A program made the position numbers and the translations under genes. A stretch of 64,000 nt of DNA, from assembly GCF_009914755.1 (NCBI RefSeq), contig NC_060945.1; one strand, written 5' to 3'. Shown here in pieces: positions 1 to 14,497 of this stretch. The stretch comes from the human T2T-CHM13v2.0 reference genome, Homo sapiens. Below the pieces are notes generated by a model. It saw nothing but the letters and a program-made list of their open reading frames with translations, made no database searches and was not told the DNA's origin. Numbering within the stretch: the first letter of the stretch is position 1; each line of letters starts with the position of its first letter.

Positions 1-98
1 ACAATATTGACTCAAAACCATCAACTGGATGTTTGCTCCTGTCTACGGCTGGGTTCCTGCTTGTTCATTATGTCTGCCGTAGGTTACATTTTTGGTCA

Positions 99-656
<558 letters not shown>

Positions 657-1338
657 TTATTTCATATCAAGGTCATATCCTACAAGGTGGCCGTTCTCAC
701 AGGTTGGAGAGAGGAGTCTCCTGTTGAAGCTATTAGCAGGAACTTCAAGGAAAAGAGAGGAAAGACAGGAGTGTAAGCTGAATAGGTTGGGCTTATATAC
801 ATATTCAACAGGATATAGGAGGAGCTATGAATATTCATGAAAGGGGGTTGTACACATGCATGACAAGCACACATGTGTTCCAAGTGACCCATGTTCACTT
901 TGGGGTGGAGACTCAACATTTCCATGTATGACTGTTAGGCCCTGTATGTCAAAAGGTGAAGTGGGCACTCAGTGTGCAGCCTCTGTAAACTGGCTGGAAC
1001 CAGTCCATACACAGCGGTCGTCTTATCAGGAGAAAGTTATTGAAATCTGTCCCTTGTCCACTCAAAGCTGTAGTTACGGCTTGTGGAACAGGGGGTTATT
1101 TAGTCAGCATCTAGAGGAGGATGAGCTGTAATTGTTTTAATATTGCTTATCTAAATAAGCCAGTGCTTATTTAACTGCTAAAGACAAAGAAAAACCTTGT
1201 GGTAGTTAGAACATGCTGTATTCTTTAAGTGGAGGCTATGTGACTTAACCTTGCCTCTCATGGCCTTAGGTTCTGTTTACAAATTGGCATCCCATTGCCA
1301 CAAATAGTCTGTTCTTATGTCTTATCATCTATATTTTA

Positions 1339-1707
<369 letters not shown>

Positions 1708-2602
1708 TCATGAGGCATGTCTGACCTCCCATCCCATCATGGCTAAGAACTCAGTTTTTAAGGTTTCTTGGCCAAAGGGGGATCCATTAAGTTGGTTGGA
1801 AGGCTTAGGATTTTATTTCTGGCTTACAGAATGAAGGGGTTGTTCCTTAACCTTGGGGCCCAAAGTGAAAAGATATACAGAGGCAACCTGAAGACATTCT
1901 GACCCCTGGAGCAAAGCCACAGCTGACCTGCTGCCTTCATGTAACCAAAACGAGAAATTGAGGTTTGATGTGGAAGCCTCTGAGATTTTAGAATTGCTTG
2001 TAATCCAGCAATACATTTTTCTATTATAGATGATAACATCTCATAAGGCATAGCACAGCAGTGTGTTTACTACAAAATCTTGAATCTGGGTTAAGAGCAT
2101 GCCCTAGGTTCCATGCCGTGGGGTAAAGGTGAATGGGTGAATGGGTGAGGACTTAGGGGTGGTGTTAAAAAATTCAGGAAGATGCCTCTAAAAGGCACTA
2201 TTATGGGAGAAGGCAAATATTATGGGAAATGGGGTAGTAGGATGAGAGAATGGGGTGAGATGGTAGAGATGGAAAAAAGCGCATGGGAAAGGCATAATGC
2301 AAACTTGCATGCAGGCCTGGACAAGATGGAGAAAGAGGGGAAGATGCAGAGGAAGGAAGGCCCATGTAGTTCAAGAATAGTGCAGAAATGCTTTTCTCAG
2401 CCACCACTAGTGTCCTTTCTCTTCTTAAAAATGATGCTGGCATTACTTCTTTCTCAAGTGCACTTCTCACCTCATTTCCTTAGCTAGGAAGTGGAAAGTA
2501 CTCCAATGTGGGTTTTGATGAAAGTGTCTGCGGCCCCAGCTGCTGGATGCACCATGCTGCCCGTATTTCTTCCTTTCCAAACAAGGGCTTCCTTTTAGAT
2601 TG

Positions 2603-2971
2603 TGATATGGTTTGGCTGTGTCCCCACCCAAAACTCATCTTGACTTATAGCTCCCATAATTCCCACGTGTTGTGGGAGGGACCCAGTGGGAGGTAATTAA
2701 ATCATGGGGGTGGGTTATTCCCATGCTGTTCTCATGATAGTGAATAAGTCTCTCGAGATCTGATGGTTTTATAAGGGGAAACCTCTTTCACTTGGCTCTC
2801 ATTCTGTCTTGTCTGCTGCCATGTAAGACGTGCCTTTCGCCTTTCACCTTCCACCATGATTGTGAGGCCTCCCCAGTCACATGGAACTGTGAGTCCATTA
2901 AACCTCTTTTTACTTACAGATTACATAGCCTCAGTATGCCTTTATCAGCAGTGTGAAAACAAACTAATACA
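2603..2971 (+). mobile_element. THE1 MaLR solo LTR
   Basis: TGATATGGTTTGGCTGTGTCCCCACCC...CTAATACA; near-TSD GATTG/GGTTG. Confidence 0.92.
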
Positions 2972-3885
2972 GGTTGTCTTGTGTACATGGCTTTTTCTGG
3001 GCACTTGCATTTGAATTTTCCTTTTTTCTTAACCTAGGGGTTTCCAAATCTTGGGTCTACTCTTTCCTCTTCTATGTACATAATTTCTCACAGGGAATAT
3101 ACCAGCATCTTCAGCTTTGTATACAACACCTTTCTTCCTTCCTTGGGGAGAGTGAATAATTTGATGTCATCAACCCAAGACACTTCATTGAACATGGAGA
3201 TGTAGGTGGCAATAATTTAAATTCATACCTAATAACCAGCTTGCCTTTTTTATACTTTAAAGACTTTTTTTCCAAAAGAAAAAAATCTAATTATGCACAA
3301 GAGCAATTCACTCAGAATTAATTCACTAGGAATTAAATTGAAAAAAAAAGGTAAGGATGTTAACAATCCTTTAAAAAATAATTCAAATTAGAAACACTAA
3401 TTATAGGAACTCCTTTATATAACATGAAACACAGTTCTCTGAGGCATGGTGAAGAGGGCTGGCTGTAAAGCAAACTCTCAGAGAACAAAGTTTCTGATTT
3501 ATGGAGGAATTTGTTTGAACAAGGAATGCAATTTCCTTTGAGGAGTTACTGCTCAGATCTGTGATCACTGTCTGATCGTTTCTGGGGAGACCACAGGACA
3601 TAGCATGACCGACATTTTATTCTGGGATCAGAGCCTAAGGGCTCACCATCTTGAACTTAGGAAGTCAGAAAGGAAAGAAGTCAAATGTTTGGGTGGCCCC
3701 TCTAATCACAGCCTTCAGCTTTCTCGCAGAACAGGAGCACGCAGCGGGTGATAAGAGTGAGATTTCTGTCTGGGGGTGTCTCACCCAAAGCTTTTGTTCT
3801 TTGCATTTCAGCAAGTTTTCTTGAGGACAGGCAAGGATTGGGATCTGAGGGCCATTTTTCTGACTCCTTATTAAGGTTTTATTTG

Positions 3886-4192
<307 letters not shown>

Positions 4193-4317
4193 TCAAACTA
4201 TTGGGTTGTGTCCCAGTTTTTGGATTGTGAAATCAAATTAGCACAACTCAATATGTAATTTTGAAAAACAGAATAGAATAGAAAATGCCAGACTGCATTG
4301 GATACATGCATAAGGAG

Positions 4318-4707
4318 TGCTATGGGCTGAATCATATCCCCACAAATTCATATGTTGGAGTCCTAACCCCCGGTAGCTCAGAATATGACCTTATTTGGAG
4401 ATAGAGTTTTTTAAAGAGGTAATTAAGGTCAAATAAGGTTATTAGGGTGGACCCTATTCCAATATAACTGGTATCTTTATAAGAAAGGGAGATTAAGACA
4501 CAAACGCCCACTGAGGGAAGACCATGTGAGGACACAGGGAGAAGACAACCATCTACAATCCAAGGAAAGAGGCTTCAGAAGGAACCACCCTTGCTGACAC
4601 CTTGATCTTGGACTTCTGGCCTCCAGAACTGTGAGACAATAACTTTCTGTTGTTTGAGCCACCTGGTCTGTGATGCTTTGTTATGGAAGCCTGAGCAAAC
4701 TAATACA
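4318..4707 (+). mobile_element. MLT1 (MLT1B/C-like) MaLR LTR
   Basis: TGCTATGGGCTGAAT...AACTAATACA; near-TSD AGGAG/AGGGG. Confidence 0.85.
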
Positions 4708-5520
4708 AGGGGTAAGTATTATTTTGTGGAAACTTAATTTTGATTTTACATACACACATATACACACACTCATGCACACACACACATTCTTAAGATTTAT
4801 AGCCTAAAATGATTGAAAAATACTGGGTGGGAGTGAGCCCACAATGTTTCCATATTCAGGGAGCAACCAGAGAGATGGTTTGCACTCATCCAGGTGAGGA
4901 CAGTGAAGACAGGAAGTAAACTCTCACCATCAGAGCAAGCAAGGGCTGCCTGTTTATCCCTCAGTAGAAAGAGAAGCCTTGACTTGGCAGAGGGAAATCT
5001 CCTATCCCCGTATGTGAAATTCAGTGTTTCCTGTTTCGCCAGGGCCAAAAAAAAAAAAAAAAAAAAAATTGTGTGTTAGAGCAACAATCTCTAAATGAAA
5101 ATTATTCATATTGATTTTTAAAAGGGGAGCAACTTATTACACAGTGAATTCCAGTTCCATTTGGAATTCACCCAAGAGCCTAGAAGAAAGCAAGAAAGTT
5201 TACGAGTCAGTGAGCCTAAGTGTCTTAAAATTCATGCCCTGAAGTTCACCTTTATTCGCAGGAAAACTCCTCTGGCTCTCATTCAGTCTCTTTATTCTTA
5301 TTTTAGACCCTAATAGTTTAAAAAGAAGTATTATTTTAAATTTAAAACATGTGAAAAGCTATTGTATTTGTTGGCCAAAATCCGGGGTGGAGTCTTTCCT
5401 TTAATTCCAGTGAATTCTTGGGGATGGGATAAATGTTGTAGGATGTCTGCAGACATAGATTCTTCAAAGAGTCATTTTGCTCTCTCTTTATTTTCATTCA
5501 GAAATTATAATACATCTTTT

Positions 5521-5878
<358 letters not shown>

Positions 5879-6615
5879 CTAAGCAACACAAGAGCCACCA
5901 ACTTGTAGGGGACCCTGAAACTGGGATCTGCTCAGGAGGGGAAAGTGCTGGAACTTTCAGGGCCTCTCTTGGGGCAAATGTGACTGACAGCTACAGCATT
6001 TAATCACATCTCCATGACTAGGCCTGCCCCTTTTTGGTCTTTGGGATAGATTTCTTGCACAGGCTTTGCAAGCCTCTATGTGTTGAATTTCTTGCAGTGC
6101 TGTGGAATTTCTCTCTCTGAACCAGGTATGTGCGGTTCTTATTCCTTAAATACAACATCTGTCTGTGTTAATTTGTTCTTTTGTCCCCCCAGAATGAGAA
6201 GGGGGAATTATAAATGGTGAGGAGAAGTAGCACTAGGCTTTTAAAGGGGAATTTGGCCCAGCGTCTCTCAGAATAAACAACCAGAATTCTAGCATCCTCA
6301 TTCTACCATATTAATTTGACATATTTCACACATACCGAGCAGTCTGATTCCCTAGTTCACAGCAGACTGGAACAGTAAATTGGAAAATCGAGCATGCTGA
6401 CAAGAGCAAAGACAACAGCTACTGGAATAATCAGAAGAGTGACGACCAAAATATTACAGCTAGACTTAACAACCTGAGAAGGCATCTCCTGGGGCCATTT
6501 AGTGCAGGAAGAACCCACCCTGCATACCTCGGTAGCCACTGAGGGCACGATGGTGTTTCAGACCCAATGACACCTTTGAGTAATCAAGAAGGAAAGCCAT
6601 GACGCCACTGAGTAA

Positions 6616-7044
6616 TGCCAAAGACTCTCTACTTGGCCAAACTTCAGTCAGGCTCCTCCAAGTCCTCTTTTCAACTAGGCTTCGGCCTTGGCCACTGTTC
6701 TTGCCAGGCCTGCCTAGCTCAGTTGTAGCAAGAATCCCGCTAAGTCCATTTAGACAGAGTCCCCCTACCCTTGCTATCTTACCACCCTGGGCTGCCTTCA
6801 GCAAGCATCCTGTTAAGTCAGTTTAGAGAGTCCTCATACCCCTGATGTCTCCTCGTAGTAATTTCCCTTCCACTGACCTTCTCCCCTGCTCACTGGCTAT
6901 AAATCCCCAGATGTCTTTGCTATATTTGGTGATGAGCCTAATCTCCTTCCTCTATTGCAGTAGTTTTGACACAAATTGCAATAATCCCAAATAAAGTCTT
7001 CCTTACCATTTTAACAAGTGTCAGAATAATTTTTTTCTTCAGTA
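6616..7044 (+). mobile_element. ERV1 solo LTR (MER31-like)
   Basis: TGCCAAAGACTCTCTACTTGGCCAAACTT start, internal TATAAA and AATAAA, 4-bp TSD GTAA at 6612-6615 and 7045-7048. Confidence 0.72.
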
Positions 7045-7557
7045 GTAATCAAGAACATAAACTCATTGCAGTAGTTTCAATGCAGATGTTTCAGCTATTT
7101 GCTGTCCCAGTTCCAGGAAATTTAGGCACTAGCTCCTGCCCATTTTCCTCAGGATAGCACAAACCTGAAAGAAGAGCTAAGATAATTATTATTTTACTTG
7201 GTTTTTCCAAAGGCAAGGGTGTGTAAGTTGTTGACAAGAGTCCCCAGTTGAACCTAGCCCACACCTGTTTGGCTTGTGTCTTGCTCTTGTGTAGAGCTGT
7301 GTCCCCAGAAGGGATGCCTTTTTTTTAATCTTTGCAGAAGCACTATCAGTTCACCAAAGTGTGCACCTGTTGGGCCCATTCCCCTGCAGGGTTGCATTTA
7401 AACACCAGTTCAAGATGTGTTTTGGAAAAATAGTCAAAACACAAAGGAATGGGTAAGACAGGGCAAAAGATTAATTTGCTCAAACACATTCAGTATCAAA
7501 TCGACTGTAACTAAAAGAACAATAACTATCTGCAAGTTGAGTCATCTACCTGCAGGG

Positions 7558-7735
7558 CAGTGCTTCTCAAATCTCAGTGTGCATCAGAATCACCTGGAGG
7601 GGCAGATTCCTAGGTTAAACCTCAGCTTTCACTGAATTCAGTTGCACTAGACTGGGGCCCTGGGATCTGTGTTTTAAATAAGTACTTATGTGATTTAGGT
7701 GTTCGAGGCTCTTGGACCACACTTTGGAAATCACT
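7558..7735. mobile_element. MER5-like hAT-Charlie MITE
   Basis: CAGTGCTTCTCAAA...TTTGGAAATCACTG terminal inverted repeats; CATCAGAATCACCTGGAGGG. Confidence 0.8.
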
Positions 7736-7920
7736 GTCTGGAAAGACTGTGGGATCCACTTAGGGAAAAAAAACCTCTGCTCTTTTGGTCTATGGGAATA
7801 CCCTAGTAGGCAGATTTTGGTTGTCCACCTCTGTGGCTAGAGTTTGGAAGAAGTGATGTGAGCAAAGACAGTACTGCATTGTTATGTGTGATCAAGCAAT
7901 AAGAATCTAGAATTGCTAGA

Positions 7921-8109
7921 ACTTCTTCTTCTTCTTCCTCTTCTTCTCCTCCTTCTTCTTTCTTCGACAAGGTCTTGCTCTGCTACCCAGGCTGGAGGCA
8001 GTGGCATGATCATAGCTCATTGCAGCCTTGAACTCCTGGGCTCAAGTGATTCTCCTGCCCCGGTCTCTCTAAGTGTTGGGATTATAGGCATGAGCCATTA
8101 TGCCCAGCC
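7921..8109 (-). mobile_element. Alu monomer (FRAM/FAM-like) with (CTT)n tail
   Basis: Single arm; tail converted to a trinucleotide repeat. Confidence 0.8.
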
Positions 8110-8618
8110 TAGAAGCTTCTTAAAAGTGGAAGAGGATCTCTCATGAGAGAGGAGGAGCCCAGTGACCTGGTAGGAGGCCAGAGCCAGGGGAAAAGATGGG
8201 CTGAGAAAAGTTCCCAGTGGTGGGAGTAAACAAGAAACTTTTCAGAACTGTGATGTTGCCTATTTAAGTTGTTTGCCATTATAAATCATAATGCCCTTCA
8301 ATGGCCCTCCAATCCCCAGTAAATCTGTTATACAAACTGGTCTTGGACCAGAAGTGGGTGAGGAGGTGATGGGTCTGCGGAGAGGGTGCACAGAGAGGGA
8401 ACTGAGAGCCTTAGTTGGGAGGCAGGAAGGCAGGGAAGCTGGCTGAAGCAAGCCCCAGTCAAAGTGGGGAGCAACACACCCACACCCTCTTTCTCGCCAG
8501 AGGTACTAAAGCAGTGGTGTCTTACCATTTCTGCTCAGGCACCTCTATCAGTAAAGAAAAATTTTGGACATGGACACTATATTCCATTGTATGGAATTGA
8601 TTGATTCTACATTAAGTT

Positions 8619-8935
8619 TGCTCAATGCAAGGATCATGAGGATGAAGACCTTTATGATGACCCACTTCCACTTGATGAGTAGTAAATATATGTTCTCTTT
8701 CTTTTGATTTCCATAACATTTTCTTTTCTCTAACTTACTTTATTTTAAGAATACAGTGTCTAATACATAGAACATACAAAATTAGTATTAACCAACTGCT
8801 TATTTTATTGGTAAGGCTTTCAGTCAACATAGGCTACTGGTAGTGAAGTTTTTGGGGAGTGAAAGTTATACACAGATTTTAGACTGCACGACGGGGTCAG
8901 CCCTCCTAACCTCCACATTATTCAAGGATGAACCT
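8619..8935. mobile_element. Tigger2-family DNA transposon fragment
   Basis: GATGAAGACCTTTATGATGACCCACTTCCAC and TTTTTGGGGAGTGAAAAGTTATAC motifs. Confidence 0.7.
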
Positions 8936-9109
8936 TATAACTATATAACACATATAATATGCATGCTACTGTACTAATGTATTATTGACATTACAAAAAA
9001 TAGGGTAAAAATAAGAAATCAGTATAAAAGTTCTAATAATGTACTTTTGTACTCCAGTCAACTGAGTTGAGTAGCCATGGAGCACATGGGCTCTACATAG
9101 AAAAGCCTG

Positions 9110-9413
9110 ATCTTATCCTAAGCGAACTAACACAGCCACAGAAAACCAAATACTGCATGTTCTCAGCTATAAGTGGGAGCTAAACATTGAGAACACGTGG
9201 ACACAAAGAAGGGACAACAGACACCGGGGCCTGTTTGAGGGTGGAAAGTGGGAGGAGAGAGAAGATAAAAAAACTACCTGCTTGGTACTATGCGTCTTAC
9301 CAGGTGATGCAATAATCTGTACACAAAACCCCAGTGGTATGCAATTTACCTATACAACAAACCTGCACCTACTAGGCACATGTACCCTGAACCTAAAATA
9401 AAAGTTAAAAAAA
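9110..9413 (+). mobile_element. L1 3' end (older L1PA/L1PB)
   Basis: GAAAACCAAATACTGCATGTTCTC...AACCTAAAATAAAAGTTAAAAAAA. Confidence 0.88.
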
Positions 9414-9424
9414 CCATAAACACA

Positions 9425-9448
9425 TTAATTAATTAATTAATTAATTAA
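9425..9448. repeat. (TTAA)6 microsatellite
   Basis: Direct reading. Confidence 0.9.
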
Positions 9449-9826
9449 GAAGAAAATAGGGGAAGGACAGCCCTTACTGTTATATGAATAGGGCCTGTTT
9501 AGTCAGCAGACACTTGGATTACTCAGCTACCCAAACTGAGAAGGGTTCCATGATTAGACTCAATTTTGGGGTCAAACCATGGTGCTTTTTGTGCTTCTCA
9601 AACATTGGTCTGTAGATCTTCTGTCAGAAAGAAAGCCCATGAGAAATATACCTCAATGATAACTAATCATGCTCATGAATTAAAAGGGAGGGAAAAACCC
9701 CAGTAACTTCCTCAGGGCAGCAACCTTAAGACACTCCATTCTTGTAGCTAAGCATTAGCTCGGAGCTCTTGATCAGGAATCCTTGGATTCTCATGAAGAC
9801 AAGAGCAGGACATCAAGAGAGGTGGC

Positions 9827-10208
9827 TGATATGGTTAGGCTTTGTGTTCTATAGGCTTTGTGTTCCCAGCCAAATCTCATCTTGAATTGTAATCCCCAGG
9901 TGTTGAGAGACCCCAGGTGGGAAGTGGCTGGATCATGGAGGTGGCTTCCACGCTGCTGTTCTCGTGATAGTGAGGGAGATCTCAGGAAATGTGATGGTTT
10001 TATAAATGCCAGTTTCCCCTGGGCTCTTCTGTCTTTCCTGCCACCTTGTGAAGAAGTTACTTGCTTCTCCTTTGCCTTCCGCCATGATTGTAAGTTTCCT
10101 GAGGTCTCCCCAGCCATGTGGAACTGTGAGTCAATTAAACCTCTTTTGTTTATAAATTACCCAGTTTCAGATACTATCTCTATAGCAGTGCAAGAATGGA
10201 CTAATACA
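9827..10208 (+). mobile_element. MSTA/THE1-type MaLR solo LTR
   Basis: TGATATGGTTAGGC...CTAATACA; near-TSD GTGGC/GTGCC; internal duplication of TAGGCTTTGTGTTC. Confidence 0.88.
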
Positions 10209-10289
10209 GTGCCCACACCGAAAGGTTGGAGGTGATACCTTTTACCAGGGCTCTGGGTCCCAGCTTTTGGGGACCTTGCTTTTGTTTGT

Positions 10290-11806
10290 TTGCTTATATT
10301 TATTTTATTGCGGTAAAATATATATAACATAAAATTATCCATTTTAACCATTTTAAAGTGTCGTTAAGTGCACTCACAATGTTGTGCAACTGTTACACTA
10401 TCTATCTGGTTCTAAAACTTTTTCATCACCTTAAACAGAACTTCTTAAACAGAAATACGGAAGTTCTTTTTGTGTCTGGCTTATTTCACTCAGCGTAATG
10501 TTTTCAAGGTTCGATTATGTTGTAGCATGTGTCAGAACTTCATTCCTTTCTTTGGCTCAATAATATTTCATTGTATGAATAAACCATATCGTGTTTATCC
10601 ATTCATCTGTTGATGAACACGGGTTGTTTCTTCTACCTTTTGACTATTATGAATAATGCTGCAATGACCACTGGTGTACACGTATCTGGTTGAGTCACTG
10701 TTGCCACTTCTTTTGGGTAAGGAATGGGATTGCTGTGTCATATGGTAATTCTATGTTTAGTTTTTTGAGGAACCACTAAACTGTTTTCCACAAAGACTGC
10801 ACCATTTTACATCCCTACCAGTAAGTATGAAAGTTCCAGTTTCTTTACCTGCTCTACAATATTTGTTCATTTCAATTTTTAAAAATGGCAGCCATCCTAT
10901 TAGGTGTGAAGTGGTATCTCATTGTGGTTTTAGTGCGCATTTCCCTAATGACTAATGACACTGAGCATCTTTTATGTGCTTATTAACCATTTATGTAACT
11001 TCTTTGGAGAAATGTATATTCAAGTCCTTTGCACGTGTTTTAATTCAGTTGTTTGTCTTTTTGTTGTTGACTTACAGGTTTTCTTTATATAGTCTGGATA
11101 CTAAACCCTTGTGAGATAAGTAATTTGCAAATATTTTCTCCCATTCTGTTGGCTGTCTTTTCACTTTCTTGATAATGTTCTTTGATGAACAAAAGTTTCA
11201 AATTTTGATCAAGTCTAGTTTATTTATATTTTCTTTTGTGGCTTGTGTTTCTGGTGCCATATCTAAGATGCCATTGCCAAATTCAAGGGCTCAGAAATGT
11301 ACCTTTATATTTCCTTTGAGGAGTTTTATTGTTTTAGCTGTTATATTTAGGTCATTGATCTATTTTGAGTTAGCTTTTTTATATGGTGTAAGATAAGGGT
11401 CCAACTTCAATTCATTCTTTTACATGTGAAAATTCAGTTGTCCCAGCACCATCTGTTGAAGAGACTGTTATTTTCCTATTGAATGGTCTTGGCATCCTTG
11501 TCAAAAATCAATTGGCCATATATGCATGGATTTATTTTTGGACTCTTAATTCTTTTCCATTGGTCTATATGTCTACCCTTATGCCAGTACCACATTGCTT
11601 TGATTACTTTTGTTTTAGAAGTAAGTTTTGAAATTGGGACTTGAGCCCTCTGATTTTGTTCTTTTTTTTTTCAAGATTATTTTAGCTATCCAGAGCCCCC
11701 TTGGAATTCCATATAAATGTGAGGATCAGTTTTTCTATTTTTGCAAAACAGTTTGTTGCAATTTTGACAGGGACTGCTTGGAATCTGTAGATCACTTTGG
11801 GTACAA
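10290..11806 (-). mobile_element. L1M (L1MB-like) 3'UTR and ORF2 end
   Basis: Typical antisense L1 text, e.g. GGTGTGAAGTGGTATCTCATTGTGGTTTT, CCAGCACCATCTGTTGAAGAGACT. Confidence 0.88.
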
Positions 11807-12246
11807 CTCTGTTTTTTTTTTTTTTTTCCTGGACTATTAGAATTATTGGGAAGGCTTCTTACCTGGTTCCAGAGGTGCTAACCTTGAATCTCCTTAGCCA
11901 GGAGGCTTAATAACTTCTCAACACTCTGTACATGGTGAGGTTGGAGCAGGGAAATCAGTCAGAATGTTCATTGCCTATCTTTTCTCCCAGAGCTGGCTGA
12001 ACACAACATTCAAAATACCAACACATCTCTCTTGCATTTGTTCCAGCCTGGAGACCACACTTTAGAACCCACTGTCTTAGTGGGTTGATGAATCAGCATC
12101 CAATTGAGGAACTGAAATTGGACCAGCTGGGTGTTTAGAGGCTCAGTTGGAAAGCAGACACTGAACTAGCTCTTAGATTTCCAGTAAGTTTTCCCCTTTT
12201 GTTAATGTACTTTATCACTTTTGTAGTTAAATATATTTTGCAGCTC

Positions 12247-12340
12247 ATATATATACACACATATATATATGTGTGTGTGTGTATATATATATAGCCTATA
12301 TATACATATATATGTATATATAGGCTATATATATATATAG
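12247..12340. repeat. (TA)n/(CA)n/(TG)n compound palindromic microsatellite
   Basis: Direct reading. Confidence 0.9.
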
Positions 12341-12780
12341 GCTAGGAATGCATTCAGTTGCATGTAACAGAAGATTTATTTTTTCACACAACGAGAAGTC
12401 CAAAGGTAGGTGGCTCTTGGCATTAGTTCAGGCACTCAAAGATCTCAGGGCTGGCATCCTTGCAGTACTTTTTGTCTTTCTCTCACGATCTCAAGATGGC
12501 TTCACCACGCCAAATATCACATCTACATTCATAACAGGAAAGGGTGGGAGAAGCACCCCAGAGCTTATATTGAGAAGACAGAAGCTTTCCAGGAAGCCCT
12601 AGAAGACTTTCCATTATCTTTTGTTAATTAGAATTGTATCCCATGGCTCTCTGTAGGTGAAAAGGAACTGGAACCTTAGGGAATAGGATTGTCATGATTG
12701 GCTTTAACCAATCCTGATCCATTGCCTGAAGCTGAGCACATTACCTTCCTAAATAAAATTGGAATTTTGTTGGCAAGGAA
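12340..12780 (-). mobile_element. Ancient MLT1-type LTR fragment
   Basis: Diverged CAGTTGCATGTAACAGA...GAAGTCCAAAGGTAGG similarity. Confidence 0.45.
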
Positions 12781-13719
12781 TAAGGAGCAGCAAGATATCA
12801 GTGTACTGCTTAGGTATATACACTTATATGGTTATTTTATTATCTATTTTCTTAAGCAGTTTCTACCTCTGAGGGCCTGTTCTCATCCCTGCTATTCTAA
12901 GAATATAGAATAACCAGAAATTGTCTCGTCCTATCTATTTTTCCATTTGGGCCTGGATGGTGGCTTGGTGCCTGGTGAAGTAGAGATGGCAGGATGTGGC
13001 CTTAGGCTATAAGCAAATGTGAGCAGGCTTACAGGCGCTGTGTCTTTAAGGCCCCGAGTTCACACTATTCATGATATGTTTCCTAATTATTTCCTTTAAA
13101 TGTTGAAAGTGCTTTCTTTTCTTGCCCTTTAGGGGGAAAAACCAAGTTTCAAAAAAAGCATCCCATCAATGATTCAATCAAAGAAATGTCATTAATGAGA
13201 AGAGAGAAAAAAAAGTCCTCCAACATTGTATTTGGGTAGATTTCAACAGTTAATTTGTATTTCAAAATGTGAATGTAAATTAAAAGGCTAAATACTTGAA
13301 AGTCAAAAGTATTCCTTATTTGACATTAAAGTCAGCGAATTGATCATATTTGCTGAATGTAGTTAGTAAAAAGTGCTAATTTATGGCTAAGTAATTAAAC
13401 AGGGAGACAGATGGAGAATCAAATGAGTTTTCTTCACATTCAAATTTGCATACTGTTTCTGATGGTGCATACGCTTATTGCTCTGTGTGGTGCCCTCCAG
13501 TATTAGAAGAACATAGAGAGCTATTTATGTCAGCTTTGCTCAAGCAACCCCAAAGAAAGAAAAGGGGAATTATATCAAGTCCTAGACTTAGATAAAATAC
13601 AGAGCTCAGTTAGATGTTCTCTTCTGTTTCTCGCTCATTCATCATTTTTGCTTCCATGTCATAGTGGGTAGAATAGGCAACTGTCAAATAGTGGAATTTT
13701 CTCCTTTCTCCATTGTATC

Positions 13720-14070
13720 ATGGAAAACGCCATGGCGTGGGAATCAGAAGATGGTCTAATTTTAGCTTTCTCAGTAACTAGTTGTGTGACATTGGACAAT
13801 TCTGTTCTCTCCAGTCTTAGTTGCCTCATTTGACATTTGAGTTTAATGTTGCCTAGGTTATTTCTAAGCAGTATGGCACAGTGGAGAAAGCAAGGACTCT
13901 AATTTTGATCTTGGATCAGCCACCTACCAGCTGAGTGATCTTGGATAACTTAGTTTAACCACTGTGTGCTACAGGTTCTTATTAGCAAAATGAGGATGTT
14001 TGGTGATCATTTTATGCAAAGCCCTTAGAACAGTGCCTGGAATATAAGCACCTCTCGATGTTAGCTGTTT
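13720..14070 (+). mobile_element. Two MIR fragments
   Basis: MIR core-like CTAGTTGTGTGACATTGGACAA and CCAGCTGAGTGATCTTGG...AGAACAGTGCCTGG. Confidence 0.65.
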
Positions 14071-14497
14071 TGTTTGTTATCTCTAAGATTCCTTCGTGTG
14101 CAAAGACTCCTCGAGTCTGTGTTAAAACATGAAGGAAGGTGACTTAATGACAGCTAATCTAGCTTGCTTGCACCCTGTGTCAGACTTGCAATTTCTAGAA
14201 ATTACCATCAGAGATAATTTAACTATCAGGACCCTATTTGTACTCCCTTGATGATGTCACCAGAGGGAAAGATTTCAATGCCTTCCAGGCCATGCCAGTG
14301 CTCATACCCACTAGGGTGGTACTAGCTGGGGGAAGTGGTCCATCAGCCAATGCTGTGCTCAGAGTTGTTTTTATAGTTGCTGGTAGAACTTGCAGAAGGG
14401 AACCGTGACTCTCTCCCCCATCTCCCATGCCTTCAGTTCAACAGAAAGGACCTGGAAGTCAATATCCCTTGCACTGGCATTAAGAGATACAACTCTG

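Noticed and set aside
5047-5068. A22 tract as a retrocopy tail
   Set aside because: No recognisable upstream element, poly(A) signal or convincing TSD.
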